From Promethearchaeota archaeon (GTDB lineage Archaea; Asgardarchaeota; Heimdallarchaeia; Hodarchaeales; Hodarchaeaceae): a stretch of DNA of 64,000 nucleotides. Positions 29,633 through 40,341 of the stretch are shown here, in pieces. The stretch's first letter is position 1, and every line of letters starts with the position of its first letter. Under the pieces are notes generated by a model that saw nothing but the letters and a program-made list of their open reading frames with translations, was not told the origin of the DNA and searched no databases. The stretch lies in contig JBHLMN010000005.1 in the NCBI GenBank assembly GCA_048938105.1, positions 183,318 through 247,317 on the forward strand, written 5' to 3'. A program made the translations under genes and the position numbers.

Positions 29633-31063
29633 ATGTTAAAATTGTCCATTTTAACCCAACAAGAACAAGATTCAATTCATACCGCTGCGTTAAAGGTATT
29701 AAAAACCGTTGGTTGTGAGATTCAAGACAAGAAATGGCTGAGTCTTTTAGCGAAAAATGGAGTAAAAGTCGATTATACAACTTCGAGGGTTTTTATAACT
29801 GATGAAGACATTGTTAACTCCTCACTTGAATCTTGTGGTCACTCGATTAAATATGCAGCTAGAGATCCCCAAAAAGATTGGATTATAGGCCAAGGAGTGG
29901 CTAAAACCCATACACCAGAAGGTATAACTCATGTCATAGAATTGGAATCAAGATGTCACCGAGAAGCCCAATTATCTGATCTAGCAGATATTACAAAAAT
30001 TTGTGACTTTCTTTCCAATGTCGATGGTATAATTGATCCTGTTGTTCCTTATGATGTTCCTCCTGCTATACAAAGTGTCATAATAACAAAGACACTGATA
30101 GAAAATACAACAAAACCAATTGATCCAGCAGGGATCGCTTTGAAGAAAGGATTTCCTTTTGTTATGCAGATGCTTACTACTCTCCTTGGAGATCGAGATA
30201 TATCAGAATACAGCTTAGGTGTTGGTGTTACCGCTACAAGTCCATTATTATTTCCATTTGACCAATTAGATACCTATTGGCAAGGAATTGAGCTAGGATC
30301 ATCCTGTGATGTAGGTTCGATGCCACAGGCAGGATCGACTGCTCCTGCCTCTCTAGCAGGAACATTAACGTTGTTTGTCGCTGAAATATTAATGGGACTC
30401 ATTATGGGACAGATAAAAAAGCCTGGATTATCTCAATTTGTATTTGTACGACCGTGCCTTTCGAATCCACGTTTTGGGATATTTAATTCAGGTCCGCCCG
30501 AGGTTGGATTGCTCCAGGCGGCAGCCACTCAATTCTGTAAGGAAAAATACGGCCTTCTTGTTAATGCAGGTTGGGGTGTAAGTGATTCCCATTGTATTAG
30601 TCCCCAAGTAGCCTATGAAAAATGCTATATTTGGATGATGTCATTAGCTGCTGGTGCAGATATGATTTCGGGTGTTGGAGGCCTCGGTAGTGGGTTAATA
30701 TCTTCTCCTGCACAAGTTGTTATTGATGATGAGATTATTGCTCACCTTAGACGAGGTGTTCAAGGAATTACCGTGGATGATTTCCATTTAGGCGTAGAGA
30801 TGATTGAAGACACTGGTATCGGGAACACATTTCTTTTTCATCCAAAAACAAGCCAGATTATTAGGGAAGAATGGCTATTATCTGAACTACCAAGTCGGAA
30901 TTCTTTTAGTACTTGGCAAAATGCAGGTGCTCTAGATCTAATTAGTAGAGCAGAAAAGAAGGCAAAAGAAATTCTTGCGAATCATGAGGTAGAAGCATTG
31001 GATCCCAGTCTAGAAGAAGATCTTAACTGTATCCTTAAAGAAGCCAAAAGAACGTTACTATAG
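29633..31063 (+). CDS. non-pyrrolysine MttB/MtgB-superfamily corrinoid methyltransferase
   Basis: IHTAALKVLKTVG, SPL, GSTAPASLAGTL, GPPE, QVAYEK and VVIDDEI motifs; Lys at the position that aligns with Pyl. Confidence 0.9.
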   Translation: MLKLSILTQQEQDSIHTAALKVLKTVGCEIQDKKWLSLLAKNGVKVDYTTSRVFITDEDIVNSSLESCGHSIKYAARDPQKDWIIGQGVAKTHTPEGITHVIELESRCHREAQLSDLADITKICDFLSNVDGIIDPVVPYDVPPAIQSVIITKTLIENTTKPIDPAGIALKKGFPFVMQMLTTLLGDRDISEYSLGVGVTATSPLLFPFDQLDTYWQGIELGSSCDVGSMPQAGSTAPASLAGTLTLFVAEILMGLIMGQIKKPGLSQFVFVRPCLSNPRFGIFNSGPPEVGLLQAAATQFCKEKYGLLVNAGWGVSDSHCISPQVAYEKCYIWMMSLAAGADMISGVGGLGSGLISSPAQVVIDDEIIAHLRRGVQGITVDDFHLGVEMIEDTGIGNTFLFHPKTSQIIREEWLLSELPSRNSFSTWQNAGALDLISRAEKKAKEILANHEVEALDPSLEEDLNCILKEAKRTLL

Positions 31064-31874
31064 GAAAAGATACTGGACTCTAGAAATAAATTTTAAACCT
31101 TACATTAAGAAAATACTTGAAAAACCTAACTTTTCCTTAATCATTACTCTTTTAATAAAAAAACCATTTCTTAAACATGATTTGATTGGATGGACTACAT
31201 AAACCAACTCTAGATGAACACCACTTAATTCATCAAAAAGTGTCTGAATTCTTCTTATCATGATTAATTGACTTGAATCTTTAAGTATGCAAAAATTAAT
31301 ACTGTTGAAATTTTAGTACTAAATTGAAATCAAGAATAGGAACATCAGGAATTATAAAACTCTATCTATCCTAGAATTATAGTTGATGTACTTATCTTCT
31401 AGCGAATACCATATGGTTAGCCTTATAAAGGAAGAAAGATTACATTGTAACTGAAAATATAATGATTAAAAATTCGAATAAACCTCAGAATGAAGGAGAT
31501 ATCACAGATATTATAGAAGTACTAGAATTTCTAAATTATGACGGTACAATAAGCTTTCATGATATAGATTCCACTGTAGCAGTTCATTAACATACAATAT
31601 CATTTTTATAGTTAGGAAGGAGCATTTTTGCAGTTATTATCCCTACTGATTATGATTTTCAAATATAAATCTCTGGAAAATCCAATCTAGGCTTTCATAG
31701 CAGCTATACTCAATGTCAGAAAAAGCTGGATTATATTGTAATGGTAAATGGTGATACCAAAAGTATTAGGTAAATCTTCTTAAAATTACTCCAGAGGAAA
31801 TTTAAGAAGCTCTTTGGATTGGTTGTTCTCCTGATGTGAGAATTATCACATCATAAAGAGTTTAAATGCTGGAA

Positions 31875-33293
31875 TTAACCAGGGGGGATTAAAATTCTGA
31901 CCTTTGATCCTTCATTCTTTGTAGCATCAATAAAAATATTCCCACCATGTTGATCAACAATACCTTTAGTTATTGTTAATCCTAAACCAAGGCCCCCTGC
32001 GCTATAACTTGTTACTCTAGAAATGAATGGGCTATAAACTTTGGAAATAATTTCAGAAGGTATTCCCTCTCCATGATCCTGAACAGTAATGTTTAATCCT
32101 TTTGTTTGCCATTTTATGATTAGAACTACTGGCATGTCCCCAGGACTATGTTTACAAGCATTCTCTAAGAGATTAAAAATAGCTTGGGAAAGGCGATCGA
32201 AATCAAAAACTAGTGGAAAAGTGGATTTTAAGCTTGGATCAATACAAATATCTGGAACAATACGTGAAGAGTAGTTCCAAGTCTTTAGATCATCCAATAA
32301 TGCAGTCTTAAATTCTTTAAAGGTCACTGGTCGCTTATTTACACTAAAGATTCCTTTTTCAATCTCAGAAAGAGTATATACATCAGTAATCAGTTTTTCC
32401 AAACGATGTACATTTCTGGTAAGAGTATTAAGTATCTTTTTTCCATAATCATCATTTTCTTTAGCTTTGTTTAATAAATAAGTACACCCTCTAATTACTG
32501 TTAGAGGGGTTCGGAGCTCGTGCGTCGTTACTTCAATAAAGCGATTTCGGAGTTTCTCTAGCAACATCTTCTCTGTTATATCGGAAAATACGGCAAGAAC
32601 TCCCCAATGATTTCCGTGTGGGGTCTTCAATGATCCTAATGAGAGTATTACTTCCTTTAGAGTCGAATCTGCACAACGTACCCTGATATGGTGAGCAAAT
32701 GACCCCATGTCTACATTTTCACTGATTTGAGTTTTTATGTCTTCTAAATCATCAGAGTAAATGAGGTCCAAAATATTATTTACTTTAATTTCATTTTTAA
32801 GTTCATAACCTAGCATTTTAGCAAGAAATTGATTTAGATAAAGAATATTTCCATTAGATTCTGCTATTATTACACCAGAGTTAATTGATTTTAAAAATTC
32901 ACGATTTTGATTAGTAACATTTTCTAATACACTATGTAATTCAACAAATTCGCTAATATCTTGAATTATTCCATAGATATACTTATTTTCGAAAATACCA
33001 ACTGTGAATTGAACAGGTATAGTTTTACCATGATGAGATACCTCTAGCCTTATTGACTTTGGTTTGCTTTCATCTGAAATGGTCGAAGCGAGTAATTCTC
33101 CTTCCTGAACAAATATACTGCCTATTTTTCTGCCACGAATCTCATCAAAATCAGACACTTGGTGGAGTTCATTAAATATATCATTAGCCCAAACTAATAC
33201 TCTTGTGTCCAAATCCTGAACATAAATCGCATCTTTAGATTCTTTAAGTATTCTCTTGAAAATCTTATATTCTGTTAGAGATACTTGATTCAC
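31875..33293 (-). CDS. PAS-PAS-HisKA-HATPase sensor histidine kinase
   Basis: HELRTPL, NLLENACKH, DHGEG and GLGLGL motifs; two PAS-like N-terminal domains; no TM. Confidence 0.93.
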   Translation of the reverse strand: MNQVSLTEYKIFKRILKESKDAIYVQDLDTRVLVWANDIFNELHQVSDFDEIRGRKIGSIFVQEGELLASTISDESKPKSIRLEVSHHGKTIPVQFTVGIFENKYIYGIIQDISEFVELHSVLENVTNQNREFLKSINSGVIIAESNGNILYLNQFLAKMLGYELKNEIKVNNILDLIYSDDLEDIKTQISENVDMGSFAHHIRVRCADSTLKEVILSLGSLKTPHGNHWGVLAVFSDITEKMLLEKLRNRFIEVTTHELRTPLTVIRGCTYLLNKAKENDDYGKKILNTLTRNVHRLEKLITDVYTLSEIEKGIFSVNKRPVTFKEFKTALLDDLKTWNYSSRIVPDICIDPSLKSTFPLVFDFDRLSQAIFNLLENACKHSPGDMPVVLIIKWQTKGLNITVQDHGEGIPSEIISKVYSPFISRVTSYSAGGLGLGLTITKGIVDQHGGNIFIDATKNEGSKVRILIPPG

Positions 33294-33506
33294 AATAGGC
33301 TCATCCTAACATTAACAGCTTGAAGTGAGTTTGCACTAATCATAAGAATCAGTAAATTTATAATTTAACTTCTTTTTTGACAAAATAATTCGTCAATAAA
33401 GACTAATACAACTAATAATATAAAAAAATATTATTTTATAATTGGAGATCCAACGATCATTTATACCGTTAATTTAAGATCTAAAATAATGGGTGTTTGT
33501 TAATTC

Positions 33507-34076
33507 GTGGCAATAATTGCAAAAATCTGCTTATGTGGCGATGGGGAGGTAGGAAAAACGTCGTTACGTAATAGATATTTAGGCCGAGGCTTTCAGAGTG
33601 ATTACTTGCCAACTCTTGGTTCAGATTTTGTATCAAGAAAGGTTATGATAAAAAGTAGTTCAGAATCTAAAGAGATTCGTTTTCAAATCTGGGATCTAGC
33701 CGGTCAACCAGCATTTAATCAAATTAGGCCCCTTTATTTTAAGCAAGCTGTAGGTTCCCTACTTATATTTGATATTACTAGACCAAAAACATTATACAAT
33801 TTAGAAAGATGGGTGGATGAACTCAACCAGAATTCTGGTTGTACAAAAATGGCAATAATTGTACTTGGCAATAAATCGGATTTAAAGGATGGAAGTACAA
33901 ATCAGGTTACAAGAGAAGAGGCAAAAAAGTTCATTAAAAACCAGTTAACAAATCAATCTTATAATTGCATTGATAATACAATACCTTTTTTCGAAACTTC
34001 AGCAAAAACAGGTGAAAATGTTAATCAAGCATTCGAAGAACTAGGATTAAAAATATATTCAAATTTTTATTATTGA
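33507..34076 (+). CDS. Ras-superfamily (Rab-like) small GTPase
   Basis: G1 GDGEVGKT, G2 PTLG, G3 WDLAGQ, G4 NKSD, G5 TSAK; no C-terminal prenylation Cys. Confidence 0.95.
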   Translation: MAIIAKICLCGDGEVGKTSLRNRYLGRGFQSDYLPTLGSDFVSRKVMIKSSSESKEIRFQIWDLAGQPAFNQIRPLYFKQAVGSLLIFDITRPKTLYNLERWVDELNQNSGCTKMAIIVLGNKSDLKDGSTNQVTREEAKKFIKNQLTNQSYNCIDNTIPFFETSAKTGENVNQAFEELGLKIYSNFYY

Positions 34077-34559
34077 CAATGATAAAGATTTGCTGAATAA
34101 TAGAACTACTGAACAAAATTTCCTTATGTGGAGAAGGAGGTGTGAGAACAATTTTCCCTATGATGTATATTTCTCTTACCTTATTTTTGGACTATCTTAA
34201 CAAAAACGTATTTAAATCTGAATTCTAAATTAAATGATCGGTTCTACAGAGGAATTTTCAATTTTGTTGTGAGAAGACAATAGCACGTTTCCCCAAAGGG
34301 TCTGAACTTTGGAAACACTAAGTTTTTTCCTTTGATAATATGATTCTTTATACTTTGCTATATCCTTCAGTTGATTGGGAAGTAATTGATGCCTATAAAA
34401 CGCAATGATTATCGGATTAGTGGTGTCATGCAACTTCTAGCATCACTATTCCAAGGTCATCATATCAAGGGAACCAGAGAAATAATTTCTAAATCTGATC
34501 ATCTTAAGTAATGAAGAAATAGCATCGCACAATCTGCCCTATATTGTTGCTAGACATCC

Positions 34560-34586
34560 CAAGTTCACAAAAGGCTGGATTAACAC
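34560..34586. repeat. dispersed 27-bp intergenic motif, copy 1
   Basis: caagttcacaaaaggctggattaacac; 25/27 identical to 53161..53187. Confidence 0.7.
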
Positions 34587-34615
34587 AAACAATTGGTAAA
34601 GAAAACAATAATAAA

Positions 34616-35191
34616 TTAGATTTTTTTGATTGCTTTTATGAAGAACCATTTTTCATGATTTTCTGTAATCTCAATGTGAAAATTGGTTTCAACGAGTGTT
34701 TTTTTTATTTCTGCTAAACTACGATTCTTTCCTCTTGAACCATAGCCTGTTTTAATTTTTTTACCATTAGGTAGGATGATTTCTAGTTTTATAAGAAATA
34801 AATCTTTGTCATTAGATATTTTTGCATCCCAAATCCAAAATTCTCCGTTATTCTTTAAAACACGATACACCTCTTCACATATTTTTCCAAAGGTCTCCAT
34901 AGACATATACATTCCACTGAAAAATGTTGTAGCATTGTCAAAATGACCATCAGAATAAGAAAGATCAGTTGCATCAGCCAGAATCCAGTTTGCAGTTGGA
35001 GCATTAGGTTTTGCCTCATCAATTTCGTGCTGATTCTTGTCTATAGCAGTAATTCTTTCATTTCCTATTTGGGCAATAATTCCTTCCCCACCTCCTCCGA
35101 TATCAATCACTGAACCATCTGGAATTGAATCAATAGTAATTTTGTGAGATGGTGTGAGAAAATACTTAATATATGGTATATATCTGCTCAT
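34616..35191 (-). CDS. class I SAM-dependent methyltransferase
   Basis: VIDIGGGGEG, ADATDLSY and EVYRVLK motifs. Confidence 0.88.
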   Translation of the reverse strand: MSRYIPYIKYFLTPSHKITIDSIPDGSVIDIGGGGEGIIAQIGNERITAIDKNQHEIDEAKPNAPTANWILADATDLSYSDGHFDNATTFFSGMYMSMETFGKICEEVYRVLKNNGEFWIWDAKISNDKDLFLIKLEIILPNGKKIKTGYGSRGKNRSLAEIKKTLVETNFHIEITENHEKWFFIKAIKKI

Positions 35192-35585
35192 TATTTCTCA
35201 CACTGGGTATTTTACAAACATACAAAGTTGTGTATGAAATTTACAGAAGTATCTTTTATAGTTACTCTTTCCTGCAAATTTCGTTCAACATGGAATCATG
35301 GATTGGTTAATGGATGATTGGAATAGTAATTAGTAGTATTGGGTATTCTTGGGGTGTAACTACAAGAAAGCTGACTAGGCAATAGCTTTACGACTAATTT
35401 ATCAGTTGATATCAAAAATTAAATCGGATATTCCAATATGACGGGAGGATATATAAGTAAGAAAGTTTTTCAAGACATTCCAATCTAAAAGGCCAAATTA
35501 TGTAAGAATCTTTGAATGGATACCAAAAATAAATAGCAAAAATGCATAAATAAATAGCAAAAGTAGAGAGAAGTAGGAAACTTCA

Positions 35586-36455
35586 ATGGTATTATTTGAT
35601 ATAATTTGGACAGAACTACTGAGAGATCTGTTTCCATGGGCAGTTGACGCTTTCAAACTGATTACAGAACTTGGATCGAGCGCTATTTATCTAGCAATAA
35701 TTTTAATCATTTTTTGGGGGATCGATAAAAGATTAGGTATGGTAACCACTTTTGTTTATATCGGTTCTTCTATATTAAATTATTGGGTCAAAGCCATTTT
35801 AAAATATCCTCGACCAGCTCCCAGTCAGTGGTTAACTAGTGCAGCGAACTATAGCCTACCTAGTGGACATGCCCAAAGTGCAACCACGTTCTATGGCTGG
35901 CTTACTCTAAAAATTAACAGATGGTGGATGTTTATTATTGGAACAACTTTGATCATCCTTGTTGGGATTTCACGTATTTATTTAGGAGTACATTGGCTAG
36001 GAGATGTGTTACTTGGCTGGGGAATTGGAATAGTGATTATCATATTGGTTTGGCGCTTTGAAAATCCTATTAGTGATTATCTCTCCAAGTATAATACCTA
36101 TCATCTATACATAGGCCTTGTGATTTTAGGAGGAATCGCTATGGTTCTTACTGAATTAATGCTCCCTGTCCCCACTGATAATTTTGGTGGCAGTGTAGGA
36201 ATTGTTATTGGCATAGGAATTGGTTTAGCCCTTGAAAAGAAATTTGTAAACTTCACAGTTAAAACTCCAGAAAAAGAGACATGGAAAATCTTTTTACGTA
36301 TAAGTATAGGCTTAATCTTAGTCCTAGTTGTCTATTATGGTACATCTTTATTCTTAAGTTCTGAAGATGTTTTAACGGCAGCTCTTCTCTATTGTCTTAT
36401 CGCCTTAGTTGGGGCTTTTGTCTGGCCTTTGATCTTCTCCAAGATAGACCTTTAG
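35586..36455 (+). CDS. PAP2 family membrane phosphatase
   Basis: KxxxxxxRP, PSGH and SRIYLGVHWLGD motifs. Confidence 0.93.
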   Translation: MVLFDIIWTELLRDLFPWAVDAFKLITELGSSAIYLAIILIIFWGIDKRLGMVTTFVYIGSSILNYWVKAILKYPRPAPSQWLTSAANYSLPSGHAQSATTFYGWLTLKINRWWMFIIGTTLIILVGISRIYLGVHWLGDVLLGWGIGIVIIILVWRFENPISDYLSKYNTYHLYIGLVILGGIAMVLTELMLPVPTDNFGGSVGIVIGIGIGLALEKKFVNFTVKTPEKETWKIFLRISIGLILVLVVYYGTSLFLSSEDVLTAALLYCLIALVGAFVWPLIFSKIDL

Positions 36456-36549
36456 ATAAAATTACATAATTATTACCTAATTTGCTAATGTCGGAAAAGG
36501 CGTGATTAAGATTATCAATAAATCAAACGTATCATTGAATCACAGGTGA

Positions 36550-36879
36550 TTAATCAATTTCGTATTTTGAAGCTATTTTCACGATAAGAAATATAACAAA
36601 CGCTATTATAATGAATGTGACCAATTCTCCGAGGAAATGGCCGATTAGAAAGTCAGCATTACCAATTGAATAAGTTATTTGATTCCAAGGGATATCTGTT
36701 GCACCAGGAAAGAGCTCAAAAATGGGCATGATGAGATCATTAACTAGTGCTTGAACGAGAGCGCCTAAATAGATGCCCATAATAAAAGCAACAGCTAATC
36801 CCAAAACTTTATAATTCTTGAGAAACTCTTTAAACTCTTGCAAAAGATTTTTTGGTTTTTCTTCAGTCTCAGTTGTCAT
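36550..36879 (-). CDS. mscL: large-conductance mechanosensitive channel family protein
   Basis: EFKEFL..VLGLAVAFIMG...LVNDLIMP...GHFLGELVTFIIIAFVIF. Confidence 0.9.
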   Translation of the reverse strand: MTTETEEKPKNLLQEFKEFLKNYKVLGLAVAFIMGIYLGALVQALVNDLIMPIFELFPGATDIPWNQITYSIGNADFLIGHFLGELVTFIIIAFVIFLIVKIASKYEID

Positions 36880-37169
36880 TTTTACACCTCAAAGAGAAAA
36901 AAACTAATCTATTACTCCCCTGCTATTATTAAAAAACTTTACTACTCTTTGGAATTGGACAATTTTATAACTTTTTGAGAAGCAGACATAAGAATTTATG
37001 ACATTTATAGCAAGAACTCCTTATTTAAAAAGAGCACACACAGGTTTTTTATTGCGATTCGTCTCCAGAGATAAATTAAACTCATTCCCAACCTATAATC
37101 GATTAATACTAAAGGACCTAACCATTAAACTAGTAAGAACTGAAAAACAGATACATTCCAAGTTATAGA

Positions 37170-39950
37170 CTATTGCCATGAACTAATTCGATCCGCTTTT
37201 TCTACAAACCTTGCAGATAAGCTCTTCGTACGAGCTTGTAGAAGAATTTGGCGGCCTTCCAGGGTTCGTGTATAAATAATCTCCATATTCCCGACATATT
37301 TAGCCCAATTTTTGCTAAATTCTTGGGCATATTCCTTATTTGTTGCTAAGATAGTGGGAAGGCCTAAATAATCCTGTCGCCTGAAAATTCTAGCCCAGAT
37401 GGACTTTCGTTTCAAGAGATAACGGGGATTCTCAATCGGACTTAGGAGTTCCTCAAGCGCATCAAGAAAAACCGACTCCTCTCTTTTGGTACAATTTTGA
37501 ATGTAACATCTAACTGCCCCCAAGTATGTCTCATCTTTTTCGGTTTTAATGATGATTTCTTTAAAGGATGTTTTGATTTTCCCAGTCTTGCACAGGGATA
37601 ATAATAATGCAGTCGCAACCTGCTTCATACTACCTTTCAAAGGACCATGTTTTAAAAAAAGCCATGTAGCTTTGAAAAAATAAGGTAAAAAGATCAAAAA
37701 ACCGATAAAAAAGCCTAATAGAAGGAGGAGTAAAAGAAAATCTAACTCTCCATAGAATCGTACATTACTCAATCCCCGAAGGTAGAGTGCAAGAAAGAAT
37801 AAAGAGGTCATCATTCCCTGCCAAACAATAGCAGCTATAGTATTTGTAAAAACATAAAAACGGGGTAGACTCGCGGGGTGTGTTCTGACCCCATGCACAA
37901 GCTTATAGCCTTTATTTGATTGTAAAGCTTTTTCCCAGTCTTCTACCATCTTGCTTCGATTAATAGCCATAGTCTTGGTCAATTGGTTATAATTTTTTAA
38001 TTCCGTGGAGGTTATTGGAGGTTTTTTAATATTCAGACGTTCAAGTCCATTTGTAATGATAGGTTTATCAAAAGCAACCCCAAGAAAACCCTTGAATCGT
38101 CGTTTTAACATGTGAAAATCACCTCCAATGGCATTTTGATCAGGAAGGAAACTAAGTCTAGCTTTCAACGAAGGTAAATCTAAACACACTAGATGCCAAA
38201 TATTAGCAGTCTTCATTGGCTTGGTAGGATCAATTCTAATGGCTCTACCACGCATTTGATTACTAAGCATGTAAGAACCAACAAAAGAAGCTAGTACAAG
38301 AGAGTTGATTGAAGGTGCATCCCACCCCTCTCCCAGGAGCGAAGTAGTTCCCACTAAGACATTCAACCCGCCTTCTGTGAATAATCGGGTGATCACTTCA
38401 ACACGTTTCTTTTTATCTGCAGCCTTAAACCTTATTCGAAGATAATTGGGATCATGCTTCAATTCTGTAATTGTTATTCGATCCAAAGGGATTTTCTCAT
38501 CCTCAATGATTTGGTTAAATAAAAATTGACTTATTTGGGGAATGATTATAATTGATCCAGTCAACACTCCCAATTTTGGTTCATTCATTCCTCTTAAATC
38601 TGATTTTAGGAAATGTCGTATTTCTTCAAAGATAGGAATTACCCCTATCTTGTTAATCACTACCTCATCCTGGGGATTCTTGGGTAAATATTCTTTTCGA
38701 ATATAATCTGTTAAAATGACTTGTCGTAACGAATCCCTGAGATGGGTTGATTCTAAATCCACGATTTCAACTATAGACCTCAATTTCGATAGACTTTGTT
38801 TCAAAATGCGTTCTATCTCTTCAGCACCCTCTAAGTCTACTTTTCTTCGTTCAATCGCCCCCAAAGTTTTCAATTGATCGTGAATTTTAATTAAGAATGG
38901 GGGAAGATCATCTAAGGACGAATAGGAATTAAATATCAGACCTGTGAATAAAATCTCCAACCACGCAAACGAGATTTTAGGTAAATCTTTTGGATCTGAA
39001 TTTATAATTTGCAAAGTTTTCCTCGGAAGTACCACCCCAAGACAATTAAGATATACAAGCATACTGGAAAAAAAGGCTGGTTCTTCTAGGATAGATTCTA
39101 TATGAATAGTTGGGTCTTCAATCCATGGGTGGGTGAGTAAAAAATCCTTAAGTGAATCATAGTGCTTAATACCTTCAATAAGATCCCAAACTCTGTTTCT
39201 AAAGCGCAATATTTCTGTTGATTCATCATCAGTTGGCGTGGAAAATAAAACATAATCTTGATGATAACAGAGATTCCTTTCTTTCACAAGCTCAGGAACA
39301 CTGACTTCTGTGTCAACTGGACCGCATAATTGCGTATAACGTTCCCATTCTGTAGGTAGAACATCATACGGAGGTGTTGCAGTCAGCGCAACAATGGTGC
39401 TAGGGGCTAACTCCTGAATTATTTTCCATAGGTTCATCCACCAGCTTCGTCGTAAATGATGGGCTTCATCGACGACTATAGTTCCGACGTTTTGATTTTT
39501 TAAGAGATTTATTACATTAATTTTCTGGGTTGATCGCTTTTGAGAATTTTTCTCCTCTATTTCCTCCTCTGGTTCTTCAATATCTTCATCAAGGCCACAC
39601 ATGGCGCTATAGAGACCTTGATATGTGGAGACGGTTAAAAATTTGGGTTCTTTAATTATATCAGATATCCAAGACGGTCTCTGTTGATTGGGAATAAAAT
39701 TGGTAACAAATCGGTCGACCCATTGATTTTTAATTGCGATAGTAGGTGCAAAAATAATAGTAGGTCTGTTGAGCCTTAAAATGACTTCTAAACCTAATAT
39801 TGTCTTACCTGATCCTGGGGCTGCCACAATATGTAGCCGAGAATCATCTAAATATTCTTTCAACTCCTCTAAAATGCGCTTCTGATAAGGTCGCCAAGGA
39901 TACAGAAATCTTAGATTTGGAGGAAATCGCTCCATAAGCCCTACATTCAT
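37170..39950 (-). CDS. SF2 DEAH-box helicase family protein with C-terminal transmembrane hairpin
   Basis: APGSGKT, DEAHH, TATP, GEGWDAP and QMRGRAIR motifs; two hydrophobic segments near aa 705-765. Confidence 0.9.
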   Translation of the reverse strand: MNVGLMERFPPNLRFLYPWRPYQKRILEELKEYLDDSRLHIVAAPGSGKTILGLEVILRLNRPTIIFAPTIAIKNQWVDRFVTNFIPNQQRPSWISDIIKEPKFLTVSTYQGLYSAMCGLDEDIEEPEEEIEEKNSQKRSTQKINVINLLKNQNVGTIVVDEAHHLRRSWWMNLWKIIQELAPSTIVALTATPPYDVLPTEWERYTQLCGPVDTEVSVPELVKERNLCYHQDYVLFSTPTDDESTEILRFRNRVWDLIEGIKHYDSLKDFLLTHPWIEDPTIHIESILEEPAFFSSMLVYLNCLGVVLPRKTLQIINSDPKDLPKISFAWLEILFTGLIFNSYSSLDDLPPFLIKIHDQLKTLGAIERRKVDLEGAEEIERILKQSLSKLRSIVEIVDLESTHLRDSLRQVILTDYIRKEYLPKNPQDEVVINKIGVIPIFEEIRHFLKSDLRGMNEPKLGVLTGSIIIIPQISQFLFNQIIEDEKIPLDRITITELKHDPNYLRIRFKAADKKKRVEVITRLFTEGGLNVLVGTTSLLGEGWDAPSINSLVLASFVGSYMLSNQMRGRAIRIDPTKPMKTANIWHLVCLDLPSLKARLSFLPDQNAIGGDFHMLKRRFKGFLGVAFDKPIITNGLERLNIKKPPITSTELKNYNQLTKTMAINRSKMVEDWEKALQSNKGYKLVHGVRTHPASLPRFYVFTNTIAAIVWQGMMTSLFFLALYLRGLSNVRFYGELDFLLLLLLLGFFIGFLIFLPYFFKATWLFLKHGPLKGSMKQVATALLLSLCKTGKIKTSFKEIIIKTEKDETYLGAVRCYIQNCTKREESVFLDALEELLSPIENPRYLLKRKSIWARIFRRQDYLGLPTILATNKEYAQEFSKNWAKYVGNMEIIYTRTLEGRQILLQARTKSLSARFVEKADRISSWQ

Positions 39951-40125
39951 AGTAATTACTTTTATACCTCCTCCTCTTTATATATTTAAGTATATAAGAA
40001 AAATCTACTAACGATTTAAAGTTCCTTTACTTAGTACTATACTGGATATTTTTACTTAACTAATTTAATGTCAAAAAGGAACCCGTCCCTTCATGGTGGT
40101 TATTATTATAGAATAAACATCAAAA

Positions 40126-40209
40126 TTTCGATATGGTGATCAGAAGTTATTCGCTGCCTATCCCTTCCTTGACAAGACAGAGATTTGGGTACACTTCCGA
40201 TCAAAATAG
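40126..40209 (+). pseudogene. short remnant resembling a staygreen-family C-terminus
   Basis: FRYGDQKLFAAYPFLDKTEIWVHFRSK* matches the YGDxxLFxxxPxLxxxxIWVHFxS pattern as I recall it. Confidence 0.4.
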
Positions 40210-40341
40210 GAAAAATACAATAAAATCGAAAAATAGGGATTCTTCCCCAAGCAGGATTGGCTGCTAAAATCTTAATTTAAAAATAACTTTTAGATTCCTA
40301 TATATACATGATCTAATTTAATACATATTTGAAGAGAGAAT

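Noticed and set aside
30620-30622. Pyrrolysine read-through in the MttB-like gene
   Set aside because: The aligned codon is AAA (Lys) and the ORF has no in-frame TAG
31462-31773. Broken frames resembling the C-terminus of a serine hydrolase (SNLGFHSS...IVMVNGD)
   Set aside because: Too short and interrupted to assign without a search
31832-31853. Palindrome TGATGTGA-N6-TCACATCA matching the CRP consensus
   Set aside because: It lies just downstream of the kinase gene rather than in a promoter, is single copy, and no CRP-family gene is present; more likely a terminator-like hairpin or chance
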